64,000 nt of DNA from Terriglobia bacterium (GTDB lineage Bacteria > Acidobacteriota > Terriglobia > UBA7540 > JAPUME01). Made by a program: the position numbers and the translations under genes. The notes beneath the pieces are model-generated. The model was not told the origin of the DNA. It did no database searches and worked only from the letters and a program-made list of their open reading frames with translations. Positions 9,368-20,536 of the stretch are shown piece by piece (the stretch's first letter is position 1; each line of letters begins with the position of its first letter). Location: the NCBI GenBank assembly GCA_965237895.1, contig CBDEGR010000002.1, positions 1,350,132-1,414,131 on the forward strand, read 5' to 3'.

Positions 9368-10594
9368 ATGGTTTCAAACGAACGATTTCGGCTCCCGAAA
9401 GTTTTGTATCTCTCCTTCGCCCACTTTACGGTGGACTTCTACGCCGGGTTCCTTGCGCCGCTGCTGCCGATCCTCCAGGTCTCCCTGGGGATGTCCATTA
9501 CTAAGACAGCGTCGTTGGTGACGATCTTCACCCTGACGGCGTCACTGCTGCAAGCGCTCTTCGGCTACCTGTTTGACCGATGGCGGGGAATAAATATGGT
9601 GGCTCTGGCGCCGGTCCTGGTGGCTGTTACGGTGAGCCATTTCGGATCCATGAATTCCTACACGTCGCTGGTGCTGTTGATGGTTGCAGGGGGAATCGGC
9701 ATTGCGGCTTTTCATCCCCATGGGGCGGCGCTTTCGGCGCTGGAAAGCGGCGAGCGTCACGGTGTCGGGATGTCGATCTTTGTTACCGGCGGCAGCGCCG
9801 GGGTCGCCGTCGGCGCTTTGGTGGTCGCCCACTTAGTGGAAAATTTCGGGTTGGCCTCCATCCGTTACACGGTAGTCTTTGGTTTGCTGATGGCGATCTT
9901 GTTTTGGCGAAAAGTCAGCTATGAGCGGCTGGAAGGAAGGGAGTTGGCGCCGAAGAGTTCCTCGAACCCACTGATCGGTTACGGATTTCTGGTGCTGCTC
10001 GGGCTGATGGCGATGCTGCGGGCGTTCATGATCCTTGGGTTCCAGAGCTTCGTGCCGCTCTACTTAGCCAATCAATCGGTCGGGTTGCCCACCATCGGTT
10101 GGGTGCTGTTCGCTTTCAATTTGGCCGGGGGAATCGGGGGACTTACCGGCGGCAGTTGGGCCGAGCGCATCGGAGAAAAGGGAGTCGTCTTTGCTTCGTT
10201 CCTGCTGCCGATTCCCATGCTGCTGGCTTTCTTGTATTTCGGCAGCAGCATTGCCGGGATTTTCTGCTTCGGGTTAGCCGGTTACACGATCGTCAGCGGT
10301 GTTCCGATTCTGATTGCCATCAGCCAGCGGAGTTTTCCCAACCGCGTCGGTGTAACCTCAAGCGTGGTGATGGGCCTCAGTTGGGGGACAGGGGCGATCT
10401 TACTGATCCCCATGGGGAAGATCGCCGAGCAAGTCGGCCTCTACAGCACCCTTTGGGGATTGGCCTGGATTGGATTCCCGGCCTTCGCAGTAGCTTACCG
10501 GGTCTTTTCGGGGAAGGTGCCGACATCCAATTCCGCATCTCCCACAGCTCCCGAGAATTGGGAGACCCCCAAAAACTTGACTCCTTCCGCCTGA
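9368..10594 (+). CDS. MFS transporter
   Basis: 408 aa, about 12 hydrophobic helices. Gly-rich inter-helix loops typical of the major facilitator superfamily. Confidence 0.8.
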   Translation: MVSNERFRLPKVLYLSFAHFTVDFYAGFLAPLLPILQVSLGMSITKTASLVTIFTLTASLLQALFGYLFDRWRGINMVALAPVLVAVTVSHFGSMNSYTSLVLLMVAGGIGIAAFHPHGAALSALESGERHGVGMSIFVTGGSAGVAVGALVVAHLVENFGLASIRYTVVFGLLMAILFWRKVSYERLEGRELAPKSSSNPLIGYGFLVLLGLMAMLRAFMILGFQSFVPLYLANQSVGLPTIGWVLFAFNLAGGIGGLTGGSWAERIGEKGVVFASFLLPIPMLLAFLYFGSSIAGIFCFGLAGYTIVSGVPILIAISQRSFPNRVGVTSSVVMGLSWGTGAILLIPMGKIAEQVGLYSTLWGLAWIGFPAFAVAYRVFSGKVPTSNSASPTAPENWETPKNLTPSA

Positions 10595-10603
10595 AATATC
10601 TTC

Positions 10604-11890
<1,287 letters not shown>

Positions 11891-12046
11891 ACTCTGATCC
11901 TCCTCGGGTGAGTGATGGAGCGTTACCGAGTCCTGCCTGTCTGAATGGATTGGATGGCTCTTCCGCTTTTCGGGCGTAAGGACCGTTGCTACTCTAAATC
12001 ATTTTATCCGGGAAATCCAAGTGGTAAAAAGAGGTCGCGGGCCTGA

Positions 12047-13102
12047 TCAATCGTACTTTTTAACCTGCGACTGATGCCCGCGCAGGTTCTCCTGCTGCTC
12101 GAGGGGCCGCACAATGCGGAACCCGGCAAAGATCGCCTCCGTATGCCACCAGATGCTTTGCGGCAACTGCGGGTCCCGCTGGCTCCACATCACCTCGGAG
12201 GCGCGCCGCGCGGCCGAGCGAAGCAGCGCAGCTTCATCGTACCAGGAGCCTCCTCGCACCACGTGCGGGTACTTCTCCTTGGTCGGAATCAGCACCGGTT
12301 CGAGGACGGCCGTACTGAGGTCGAACTTTTCGTAGTAATCTTTTTCGTAAAGGTCCAAGACCCACTCGGCGAGATTACCGTGCATGTCGTACAAGCCCCA
12401 AGGGTTCGGTTTCTTCCGGGCGACCTTCTGCGGTTGGCCCTCGGAGTTTTTCGCGTACCAAGCATAGTCCCCCAATTCTTTGGCGTTGTCGCTGAACTGG
12501 TAGGCCGTCTTCGTGCCCGCGCGGCAGGCGTATTCCCACTCGGCTTCGGTCGGCAGACGATATGCTTTTTCTGTTTTCGCCGAAAGCCAGCGGCAGTACT
12601 CCATGGCGGCGTGGTGCGTCATGGAGATGGCCGGTTGTCCGCCGCGTCCGAAGCCGAACGTCTCATCGGTATAAGGAGGCGTCGGGCGGCTGACGGCGTC
12701 GGCGGCCTTTTCCCACTCCGACTGCTCGGCCAGGCTCACTCCCTGCCGTTTCTTTTTATAGAGGTCTTTGCTGAAGGCGTACTCGTCGTACTGCTCCCAG
12801 GTGATCTCCGTCTTGGCCATCCAAAAAGGCCGGAGGGCGACCGGATGTTGAGGACCCTCGTCCTCCGCGCGCCCGGCCTCATTTTCGTGGCTCCCCATTG
12901 GGAAAACTCCGCTGCCGGTGATGGGCACCATTTCAATTTGAATGTCGGTTCCCGGAATGGTCTCCGTATATGGTCGCAACTCCACCGAAGCGTCGGAAGC
13001 GGATTGTTCATCCGCGGAAACTGAAGATCGGCCTGTGCAGGCCGGGAACCCGGCGGTAATTATGATGCTGAGGATTACGGCCAACCCAGCGAATCGTTTC
13101 AC
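12047..13102 (-). CDS. formylglycine-generating enzyme (SUMF1/FGE-sulfatase domain) family lipoprotein
   Basis: 351 aa. Lipobox ...TAGFPAC. Contains RLPTEAEWEYACRAGT, NPWGLYDMHGNLAEWV and RGGSWYD. Confidence 0.85.
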   Translation of the reverse strand: MKRFAGLAVILSIIITAGFPACTGRSSVSADEQSASDASVELRPYTETIPGTDIQIEMVPITGSGVFPMGSHENEAGRAEDEGPQHPVALRPFWMAKTEITWEQYDEYAFSKDLYKKKRQGVSLAEQSEWEKAADAVSRPTPPYTDETFGFGRGGQPAISMTHHAAMEYCRWLSAKTEKAYRLPTEAEWEYACRAGTKTAYQFSDNAKELGDYAWYAKNSEGQPQKVARKKPNPWGLYDMHGNLAEWVLDLYEKDYYEKFDLSTAVLEPVLIPTKEKYPHVVRGGSWYDEAALLRSAARRASEVMWSQRDPQLPQSIWWHTEAIFAGFRIVRPLEQQENLRGHQSQVKKYD

Positions 13103-13208
13103 GAATCATACTCCATACGAAATGGGGCTCCTTATGGAATCGGGCGCCCCGCCTGGATTTGTCCTACTTTGATAGGATAGAGAAAGAGCGTCGCCGTCGA
13201 GGTTGGAA

Positions 13209-14420
13209 ATGCGGATTTTCTTCAGCTCGCTTTTCTGTTTCACTCTTGCGGTACCGGTCTTTTCCGCCCCGCCCGAGCTTCACCGTTATGAGTTCGCCCA
13301 AGTTCACATGGGCACGCGCTTCCGCATCGTCCTCTACGCCGCGCAAAAGGATGCTGCGACGAGAGCGACGGCTTCCGCCTTCCGAAGAATTTCTCATCTC
13401 GATCATACCATGAGCGATTATCGGCCCACGAGCGAGCTGATGTGTTTGTGCGCGAAATCCGGTACGGGCCCTATTAAAGTTAGCGAAGAACTCTTTTACG
13501 TTCTGGAGCGCTCGCAGAACTTGGCTCGCCGGACCGAAGGCGCGTTCGACGTTACCGTCGGCCCGGCGGTCAAGCTCTGGCGAGAGGCGCGGCGCGAGCG
13601 CAACCTGCCCGACGCGAAACTTTTAACCGAAGCCATGGCGCGCGTCGGCTACCGGCACATGCAGCTTGATGCGAAGACGCGTACGGTTCATCTGCTTCAA
13701 GAAGGAATGTCACTTGATCTCGGCGGCATCGCCAAGGGTTACGCCGCCGATGAAGCCTTAAGGGTCTTGAAGAGTCACGGCATTGAACGTGCGCTGGTCG
13801 ATGCGGGAGGAGACGTGGTGGTGGGGAAGGCCCCGCCGGGGAATCTGGGATGGAAGATCGGCGTCGCGCCGCTGGGGGCAATACAACTTCCGGAGTTCCA
13901 GTCGGAGTCCCAATCATCGGCACGTACCATCATGCTGGAGAATGCTTCCGTCTCCACTTCAGGCGATGCCGAGCAGTTCTTGGAGATCGACGGCAAACGC
14001 TACTCGCACGTCCTCGACCCCAGGACCGGCGTGGGCGTGCTCGGGCCGCGCGGCGTGACGGTGATCGCGTCGTCCGGAACCCTCTCCGACGCTTTGGCCA
14101 CCGCCGTCAGCGTCCTCGGCCGAAGGGAGGGAAGGGCTCTGATTGAATCCTTCGAGGACACCTCAGCGCTCTATGTTCAAGCGAGCGAAGCGGGCGGTTC
14201 GATTCAAGGGTTCAACTGGAACTTTCCCGCCTCGACATCTCTTTCAGGCAATCAGCTCTTCTGCCCGCCGGGAGCGGCTGCTTTGGCGTTATCCAAAATT
14301 TCCCGAATCCCGCCGAGCGAGCTGAGAATGCCGCTGGCCTCGAACGGCAGGAAAATTTTCGTCGCCTGCCCGCCGGAAATTTTCACGAGCGATTCCAAGT
14401 ATTTCAGAGCAATCAGGTAA
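13209..14420 (+). CDS. apbE: FAD:protein FMN transferase (ApbE family)
   Basis: Contains MGTRFRIVLYA, DVTVGP and DLGGIAKGYAADEA. The last ~56 codons overlap the convergent SPFH gene and look non-native, so the 3' end is uncertain. Confidence 0.78.
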   Translation: MRIFFSSLFCFTLAVPVFSAPPELHRYEFAQVHMGTRFRIVLYAAQKDAATRATASAFRRISHLDHTMSDYRPTSELMCLCAKSGTGPIKVSEELFYVLERSQNLARRTEGAFDVTVGPAVKLWREARRERNLPDAKLLTEAMARVGYRHMQLDAKTRTVHLLQEGMSLDLGGIAKGYAADEALRVLKSHGIERALVDAGGDVVVGKAPPGNLGWKIGVAPLGAIQLPEFQSESQSSARTIMLENASVSTSGDAEQFLEIDGKRYSHVLDPRTGVGVLGPRGVTVIASSGTLSDALATAVSVLGRREGRALIESFEDTSALYVQASEAGGSIQGFNWNFPASTSLSGNQLFCPPGAAALALSKISRIPPSELRMPLASNGRKIFVACPPEIFTSDSKYFRAIR

Positions 14421-15211
14421 TTGGCCGGGTTGGCCTCGCCCAGCCCCTTGCGGACTAAGTTGAGGGCTTTGGCCTCCGCTTCGGCGATTTTCAGGCGGGC
14501 CTCGGCCAGGCCTTCGGCTTCGAGAATGGTCGAGCGCTTTTTACCTTCCGCGTTGGCGATGGCGGCTTCGCGTTCGCCTTCGGCCTGGAGAATCGCCGCC
14601 CTTTTGGTTCCTTCCGATTCGGTGACGACGGCGCGACGTTCGCGCTCGGCCTTCATCTGTTTGGCCATGGCCTCGCGGATTTCGCGCGGCGGCTCGATGT
14701 TCTTCAGCTCCACGCGGTTGACCTTCACGCCCCACTTATCGGTGGCTTCATCCAGTATGTCGCGCAGTTTCGTGTTGACGGTTTCGCGCGATGTAAGCGT
14801 TTCGTCGAGCGCCAACTCGCCCATGACATTTCGCAGCGAGGTGACCGTCAGTTGGTGGATGGCGTTTCCCAAGTCGACGATCTCGTACATGGCCCGAGAC
14901 GGATCGGTAATCTGGTAGTAGACGACCGTATCGACCTGCATGGTGACGTTGTCGCGGGTAATCACAGGTTGCGGAGGAAAATCGATCACCTGCTCGCGCA
15001 GATCCACGAAGACTGACCTCCGACCCATCATCACAAAAGGCCGGATCGAATCGAAAAACGGCACGATAAAATTTACCCCGCTGCGAGCGAGCATATGGAA
15101 TTTTCCCAACCGTTCGACCACTTGGACGGTAGCTTGTTGAACGATTTTAATCCCCATCATGGCGATAATGAACACCACGACCAGAAGTACAATCAGAAAT
15201 AGTGGTTCCAT
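14252..15211 (-). CDS. SPFH/Band 7 (stomatin-like) protein
   Basis: 319 aa. N-terminal TM helix, then VVERLGKFH...PQPVITRDNVTMQVDTVVYYQI and a coiled-coil EAEGxxxA repeat region. Confidence 0.9.
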   Translation of the reverse strand: MEPLFLIVLLVVVFIIAMMGIKIVQQATVQVVERLGKFHMLARSGVNFIVPFFDSIRPFVMMGRRSVFVDLREQVIDFPPQPVITRDNVTMQVDTVVYYQITDPSRAMYEIVDLGNAIHQLTVTSLRNVMGELALDETLTSRETVNTKLRDILDEATDKWGVKVNRVELKNIEPPREIREAMAKQMKAERERRAVVTESEGTKRAAILQAEGEREAAIANAEGKKRSTILEAEGLAEARLKIAEAEAKALNLVRKGLGEANPANYLIALKYLESLVKISGGQATKIFLPFEASGILSSLGGIREILDNAKAAAPGGQKS

Positions 15212-15221
15212 GAGTTTCCTC

Positions 15222-16409
15222 CTAAGCAGATTTTACCCGAACCTTGTTTCCCACAACTTCCAGCACTTCGACTATTGTGTCCTTCTCAATGACGGCGTCG
15301 TCATCGCAGACGGCCGCCCAGTTCTGGCCTGTTACTTTCACGTTGCCGGGCTTCAGGTTGCCTTCGATTTTCATAATGACGATGCCTTGGAGTCCCACAA
15401 GCGCATCGACGTTGGTTGGAGTGCCGGCGGGGCTCTTGAGCAGCCGGCTCTTGAGGATCGTGCGCGAGAAGATCAGCAGCAGAAGAGAGGAGGCCAGGAA
15501 CCCGCTGAACTGGACTCCCGTCGAGTATTCCAAATATGCAAGAACGGCGGCCAGAAAGGCTCCGATTCCGAACCAGAGAAGAAAGAAGGCGGGAAGCACC
15601 ATTTCGGCTACGACCAGGATAAGGCCGATAATCACCCATCCGTGCCACGTCTGGAATTCGTCGAACCAGCCGGCTTGTTCGGTGGCCTCCCTTGCCTCTT
15701 TCAGGTTCTCTTCACTCAATTGGAGGTTGTATTTTTCGAGCAGCGCCTCCAGAGTTTCCACCTCCGCGGATGCCAGCTTCAATTCCAAGGCTTCCTTGGT
15801 GGTTAAGGTCAGCAGCTTCCCCTTTTCGGTCACGCCTTCGATTTCGACGTCAATGTCGACCATTGCTTCGGCCAGCTCGGCCGGATGGTTGCGGCTCTCG
15901 GCGGTGGCCTTCATCTCCTTGCGGACGTAGCTGACGATCTTCTCTCCCGCCTCCTTGGGACCGGACCAAGTCATCCGCAGGGGGGCCGCCGCGCCGATGG
16001 TCGCCCCTGGCGCGACCACGATTTCATGGGTGGCCAGCGCAATCAGAGCGCCGGCCGAAATGGCGCGTTTGTCGATATAGCCGATGGTCTCGAATTTCGA
16101 TTCGAGGATTGCGTCGCGGATTTTGACGGCGGCTTCCAGGTCCCCGCCGAAGGTGTCGATCCTGATGATGACCACCTCAGCGTCGGCCTTGGTGGCCTGC
16201 TCCAGGCCTTTGCGGATGCGGTTCGAAAGGGAACCGTCGACGGAGCCTTCGGCGGAGATGAGGTAGGCTTGGCGCGGAGCAGAGGCCTGGGCGGGAGTCT
16301 TTTCCGTCTCCTGCTCGGTTTCTTGCGCCCAAAACCATGTCGGCGCCGCGATGAGGCCCCATACCATCCAGAGTGCAATCTGCCGGAGAACGATCCGCTT
16401 TAGGAGCAC
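15222..16409 (-). CDS. NfeD-family membrane-bound ClpP-class serine protease (long form)
   Basis: 395 aa. ClpP-like N domain (VVIIRIDTFGGDLEAAVKIRDAI...AISAGALIALA), central TM helices, and a C-terminal OB-fold tail (KVTGQNWAAVCDD). Sits immediately upstream of the SPFH gene, the canonical pairing. Confidence 0.85.
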   Translation of the reverse strand: MLLKRIVLRQIALWMVWGLIAAPTWFWAQETEQETEKTPAQASAPRQAYLISAEGSVDGSLSNRIRKGLEQATKADAEVVIIRIDTFGGDLEAAVKIRDAILESKFETIGYIDKRAISAGALIALATHEIVVAPGATIGAAAPLRMTWSGPKEAGEKIVSYVRKEMKATAESRNHPAELAEAMVDIDVEIEGVTEKGKLLTLTTKEALELKLASAEVETLEALLEKYNLQLSEENLKEAREATEQAGWFDEFQTWHGWVIIGLILVVAEMVLPAFFLLWFGIGAFLAAVLAYLEYSTGVQFSGFLASSLLLLIFSRTILKSRLLKSPAGTPTNVDALVGLQGIVIMKIEGNLKPGNVKVTGQNWAAVCDDDAVIEKDTIVEVLEVVGNKVRVKSA

Positions 16410-16630
16410 AATTAACCTCGGGTGAAGAGACGTGGTTCTGTGTTCATAGCGAGAGGAGATTTCCGTTCCGAACTAGAGTAATCTTCCGCCTTCTGTTCGT
16501 CAACAGCAAACCGTAAAAGCCGCGGTGTCTGCGGGTGAATTGACAACCCCCCCTTGCTCCGTGTTAGCTTGCCTGAAGAGGTTGACGAGAACGTATGGGT
16601 ATACCTTCCGGGAAAGGGACCTCCTCATAA

Positions 16631-18079
16631 ATGCCTCCCATGGACCGATTCTTCTTTGATACCTACGGACTGATTGAAAGGGACCTCGAAAGCTATCTCG
16701 CCGTCGCCTTGGAGGGCGGGGGAGACTACGCGGACCTCTATTTCGAGTGCACCACGACTTCCTCGTTTCAGGTGGATGAGTCGCTGGTCAAGAGCGCCAC
16801 GGAAGGCGTTTCGCTCGGCTGCGGCATCCGCGTCGTCGCGAGCGAGCAGACCGGTTACGCCTATACGGACGACCTCTCCCCGGAACGCCTCCGTAAGGCC
16901 GCCGGCATCGCCGCGCACATCGCGCAGGGACCCTCGAAGGTTCACTCCGTGGGATTGGCCGCCTCCGGTGCGCCGCACGATTTCTATCCCGTGCCGACGC
17001 CCTCCGTAGACCGCGAGCTTCAGGATAAGTTGGAGCTGGTCCGGCGCGCCGACAGCGCCGCGCGCGCCTATGATGCGCGCATCAAGCAGGTACGGGTGGG
17101 TTATGCCGATCAAGTGCGGCACGTGCTCATTGCGAATTCGGCCGGGCAATTGATTACCGATCATCAACCGCTGCTGCGCCTCTCGGTCTTCTGCATTGCA
17201 CAGTCGGCGAAGGACGGCGCGAACCGGCAGTCGGGCACCGGCGGCGGCGGCGGGCGCGTGGGCCTGGAGTTTTTCTACGGCGAAAAGTCGCCCGAGTATT
17301 TCGCCCAAGAGGCGGCGCGGCAGGCCGTGACTCAGCTCGACGCCCGCGAAGCTCCGGCCGGGGAGATGGAAGTGGTGCTCGGTCCCGGCTGGCCGGGGAT
17401 TCTTTTGCACGAAGCCATCGGGCACGGCCTGGAGGCCGATTTCAATCGGAAGAATCTTTCCGCATTCAGCGGACGCATCGGGCAGCGCGTGGCATCGGAC
17501 ATCTGCACGGTGGTCGACGACGGCACCATTCCCCACCGCCGGGGCTCGTTGAACGTGGACGACGAAGGCACGCCGACGCAGAAGACGGTGTTGATTGAGA
17601 AGGGCATTCTGCGCGGCTACCTGCAGGACAAGCTGAGCGCCGGTCTTGTGGGGTCGCCTTTGACCGGCAACGGCCGCCGCGAAAGCTATGCGCACATTCC
17701 CATGCCGCGGATGACGAATACCTACATGCTGGCCGGGGAGTCGACGCCGGAAGAGATTATCCGTTCCGTGTCGAAGGGAATCTACGCTGCGCACTTCGGC
17801 GGCGGGCAGGTGGACATCACGAACGGCAAGTTCGTCTTTTCGGCCTCGGAAGCCTATTTGATTGAGAACGGAAAAATCACCGCGCCGGTCAAGGGCGCAA
17901 CGCTGATCGGCGACGGCCCCAGGGCACTGACGCTGGTGACGGCGGTGGGAAACGACCTGAAGCTGGACGAAGGCGTCGGCACCTGCGGCAAGGAAGGCCA
18001 GAGCGTGCCGGTGGGCGTGGGATTGCCGACCATCAAAATCAGCCGCATGACGGTGGGCGGCACCGGCAGGTACTCTTAA
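16631..18079 (+). CDS. tldD: metalloprotease TldD
   Basis: 482 aa. HEAIGHGLEADF zinc motif and a Gly-rich C-terminus. Confidence 0.92.
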   Translation: MPPMDRFFFDTYGLIERDLESYLAVALEGGGDYADLYFECTTTSSFQVDESLVKSATEGVSLGCGIRVVASEQTGYAYTDDLSPERLRKAAGIAAHIAQGPSKVHSVGLAASGAPHDFYPVPTPSVDRELQDKLELVRRADSAARAYDARIKQVRVGYADQVRHVLIANSAGQLITDHQPLLRLSVFCIAQSAKDGANRQSGTGGGGGRVGLEFFYGEKSPEYFAQEAARQAVTQLDAREAPAGEMEVVLGPGWPGILLHEAIGHGLEADFNRKNLSAFSGRIGQRVASDICTVVDDGTIPHRRGSLNVDDEGTPTQKTVLIEKGILRGYLQDKLSAGLVGSPLTGNGRRESYAHIPMPRMTNTYMLAGESTPEEIIRSVSKGIYAAHFGGGQVDITNGKFVFSASEAYLIENGKITAPVKGATLIGDGPRALTLVTAVGNDLKLDEGVGTCGKEGQSVPVGVGLPTIKISRMTVGGTGRYS

Positions 18080-18235
18080 GCAGGCCTGGGTAGGCCGGGC
18101 TGGACAGCCCCCCCACTCTCGAACGACGGCCGGGAAAGGCTGTTCTACCCCACCCCCTCTATTTGGATTAGCGTAGACGGAGCCGTAATGCTTTGCTTCC
18201 TGTGTCGCTTATTTTGGTAGCGCAACTCCAGCTCC

Positions 18236-19603
18236 ATGAAGGAATTTTCAATGAAAAACGGGTCTGCGGAAAATATCGCCCAGGACGTCGTGAAGAGGGC
18301 CGTAAAGGCCGGGGTGAGTGGGGCGGAAGTTATGGTGCGGGAAGAAGAGGAGTTTTCCACCACCGTACGGCTGGGAAAGATCGAAATCTTGAAGGAGGCG
18401 GCCTCGAAGGGACTAGGTTTGCGCCTGCTGTGGGGTACCCGGAGCGCGAGCTCTTATACCAGCGATTTCTCTCCTGCCTCACTCCAGCGGCTGGTGGAAC
18501 GGACCGTAACGATGGCAAAGGCAACCTCCGAAGACCCGGTCGGCGTATTGCCGGATAAGGAATGGATGGCGGGCGAGGTGGAAGACTTGGGTCTCTACTG
18601 GCCCGACGTGGCGGAACTTGAAACCGATAAGAAAGTGGAGTTGGCGCGGCGGGCCGAGGAAGCGGCTCTCGCAGCCGACAAGAGGATTACCAATTCCGAG
18701 GGCGGGTCCTTCGAGTCCGGCGTGGGCAGGCGGGTGCTGGCAAACTCGCTGGGATTCGTCGGTTCCTATCGTTCTTCTTCTTGCTGGGTGACGGTGACGC
18801 CGCTGGCCGAGCAGGACGGCAACAAGCAGCGCAACTACTGGTATTCGGTCTCGCGTTCGCTGCGGGATTTGGAAGAACCGGAAGCGGTGGGACGCAAAGC
18901 TGCGGAGCGTGTTTTGCGCCGGCTGGGCGCGCGAAAAGTCGAGACCTGCCAAGTGCCGATTATTTATGACGCCGAGACGGCGCGTTCGATTGTCGGGCAC
19001 ATGTTTGAGGCGGCGCGCGGGGATGCCGTCTATCGCAGCGCATCTTTCTTGACGGGGAAGTTGGGAGAGAAACTCGGCCCCGAGTGGCTTACGATATGGG
19101 ACGACGGCCTGCGGCCCGGCGGGTTCGGCTCGCGGCCGTTTGACGACGAGGGCGTGAAGAGCCGCGTGACGCCGCTGGTGGAGAAGGGCGTGCTGCGCAA
19201 CTACCTTCTGAACTGCTACAGCGCGCGGAAGCTGGGCCTGAAGACCACGGCCAATGCGCGGCGGGGCCTTTCCGGGCTGACCTCGGTGGGGCCGAACAAT
19301 CTCTACCTGGAGCCGGGCACGCGCTCCCCGAAAGAGATGATCCGCTCGGTCGATCGCGGGTTCTACGTGACGGAGCTGATGGGCTTCGGCTCGAACATCG
19401 TCACCGGCGACTACTCGCGCGGCGCGGCGGGACTCTGGATTGAAAAGGGCGAGCTGACCTTTCCCGTCGAAGAAGTGACCATCGCCGGGAACCTGAAACA
19501 GATGTACATGAACCTGGAAGAGGTCGGCAACGACCTGACGTTTCGCGGCTCGACGGCTTCACCGACGTTGCTCATTACCGGCATGACCGTTGCCGGGACG
19601 TAA
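18236..19603 (+). CDS. pmbA: metalloprotease PmbA/TldE
   Basis: 455 aa. PmbA_TldD fold without the HExxH motif. Lies directly after tldD. Confidence 0.9.
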   Translation: MKEFSMKNGSAENIAQDVVKRAVKAGVSGAEVMVREEEEFSTTVRLGKIEILKEAASKGLGLRLLWGTRSASSYTSDFSPASLQRLVERTVTMAKATSEDPVGVLPDKEWMAGEVEDLGLYWPDVAELETDKKVELARRAEEAALAADKRITNSEGGSFESGVGRRVLANSLGFVGSYRSSSCWVTVTPLAEQDGNKQRNYWYSVSRSLRDLEEPEAVGRKAAERVLRRLGARKVETCQVPIIYDAETARSIVGHMFEAARGDAVYRSASFLTGKLGEKLGPEWLTIWDDGLRPGGFGSRPFDDEGVKSRVTPLVEKGVLRNYLLNCYSARKLGLKTTANARRGLSGLTSVGPNNLYLEPGTRSPKEMIRSVDRGFYVTELMGFGSNIVTGDYSRGAAGLWIEKGELTFPVEEVTIAGNLKQMYMNLEEVGNDLTFRGSTASPTLLITGMTVAGT

Positions 19604-19650
19604 CCATACCTGGGTACCCATCCGAAATTTTCTGCCCGCCTCGCCTACTT

Positions 19651-20137
19651 ATGATGCCTGTGATGTCGGAAGAAAAACGTATTCCTGTTCCGTTGCTGGC
19701 CGCCGGGGCGCTGCTCCTGCTCTTTCTTGTATTGCTCGGAATTCATGCGCTCCTTCGCCCGGAGGAGAATGCCGCCGAACTCGAAGAGCGCGTGCTCAAT
19801 AAACCGCAGCTTGAAGCGCTCGGCCGGATCGAATTTCTCAATCCCAAGATGAGCGCGGCGCGGAATATGCTGGGGATCGTGGTTGTCTATATGGACATGG
19901 AGATTGTCAACCGGGGGTGACCAGCCGATTCGGATGCTGGAAGTGGAATTGGAATTTCACGATTTGCAGAACCAAGTGGTGCACCGCGACACGGCGCGGC
20001 CGGTCCGTCCGCCCGTCACGCCGCTGGGAGCGGGGGAGTCGCGCGAGACGCGGTTGGCCTTCGACCCGCTGCCGCCCGCGTGGGACCGCCGCCCGCCGAA
20101 GATTATTCCTTTCTATGTCGAGTTGGGGGAGCGGTAG
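19651..20137 (+). pseudogene. membrane-anchored hypothetical protein split by a +1 frameshift in a G5 run
   Basis: ORF 19651..19920 ends ...MDMEIVNRG*. ORF 19883..20137 continues ...GGDQPIRMLEVELEFHD. Removing one G from GGGGG (19913-19917) gives a continuous ...EIVNRGDQPIRMLEVEL reading. Confidence 0.6.
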
Positions 20138-20150
20138 GTTGATTTTTTCT

Positions 20151-20186
20151 CCCCATCCTCTCCCTTCGGGAAAGGATGGGGCACCC
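20151..20186. repeat. hairpin repeat, family B, copy 1 (CCCCATCC...GGATGGGGCACCC)
   Basis: 8-bp outer stem CCCCATCC/GGATGGGG with further inner pairing. The reverse complement, GGGTGCCCCATCCTTT, matches 58772-58787 and resembles 20537-20550. Confidence 0.7.
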
Positions 20187-20496
20187 TAGGAGTGAACTGA
20201 TGAAGATTAGGGATATCGGTACAGTCATTGCGGAATGAGAGCTGGAGGGAATAGAAAACGACAAGCCCTGCAAGGTAATAATTAGATTCGGCAAGCCATA
20301 CCTGGATGAAGACGATGACGGATCTTGCTGGTACTGCCCTTTCAGTATTACGTCTCCGGCTGGTGAGCGCCTCTCTTATAGTGGCGGTTTCGACTCGTTA
20401 CAGGCCTTGGGGTTCGCCATCATAATGGTAGAATCAAACCTAAAGTCATATTATTCCGACCTGGAATTGAAGTGGGGTGGTGAAGACAATCTGGGA

Positions 20497-20522
20497 CTCT
20501 CTTTCTCTCTCTCTCTCTCTCT
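20497..20522. repeat. (CT)n microsatellite: (CT)3 TT (CT)9
   Basis: Read directly from the sequence. It lies at the 3' end of the DUF6968-like reading frame. Confidence 0.95.
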
Positions 20523-20536
20523 AACTATACGTCATA

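Noticed and set aside
16625-17794. Long antisense ORFs opposite well-supported genes. Examples: 16625..17794 vs tldD, 51417..53150 vs rel, 10652..11911 vs the oxidoreductase, 28837..30114 vs the recombinase, 62130..63524 vs the MFP, 37016..37924 vs the antiporter, 47098..48009 vs rplM/rpsI.
   Set aside because: Their translations are Arg/Pro/Gly/His-rich and low-complexity, with no recognisable motifs. The opposite strand carries strongly conserved proteins. These are typical shadow ORFs of GC-rich DNA.
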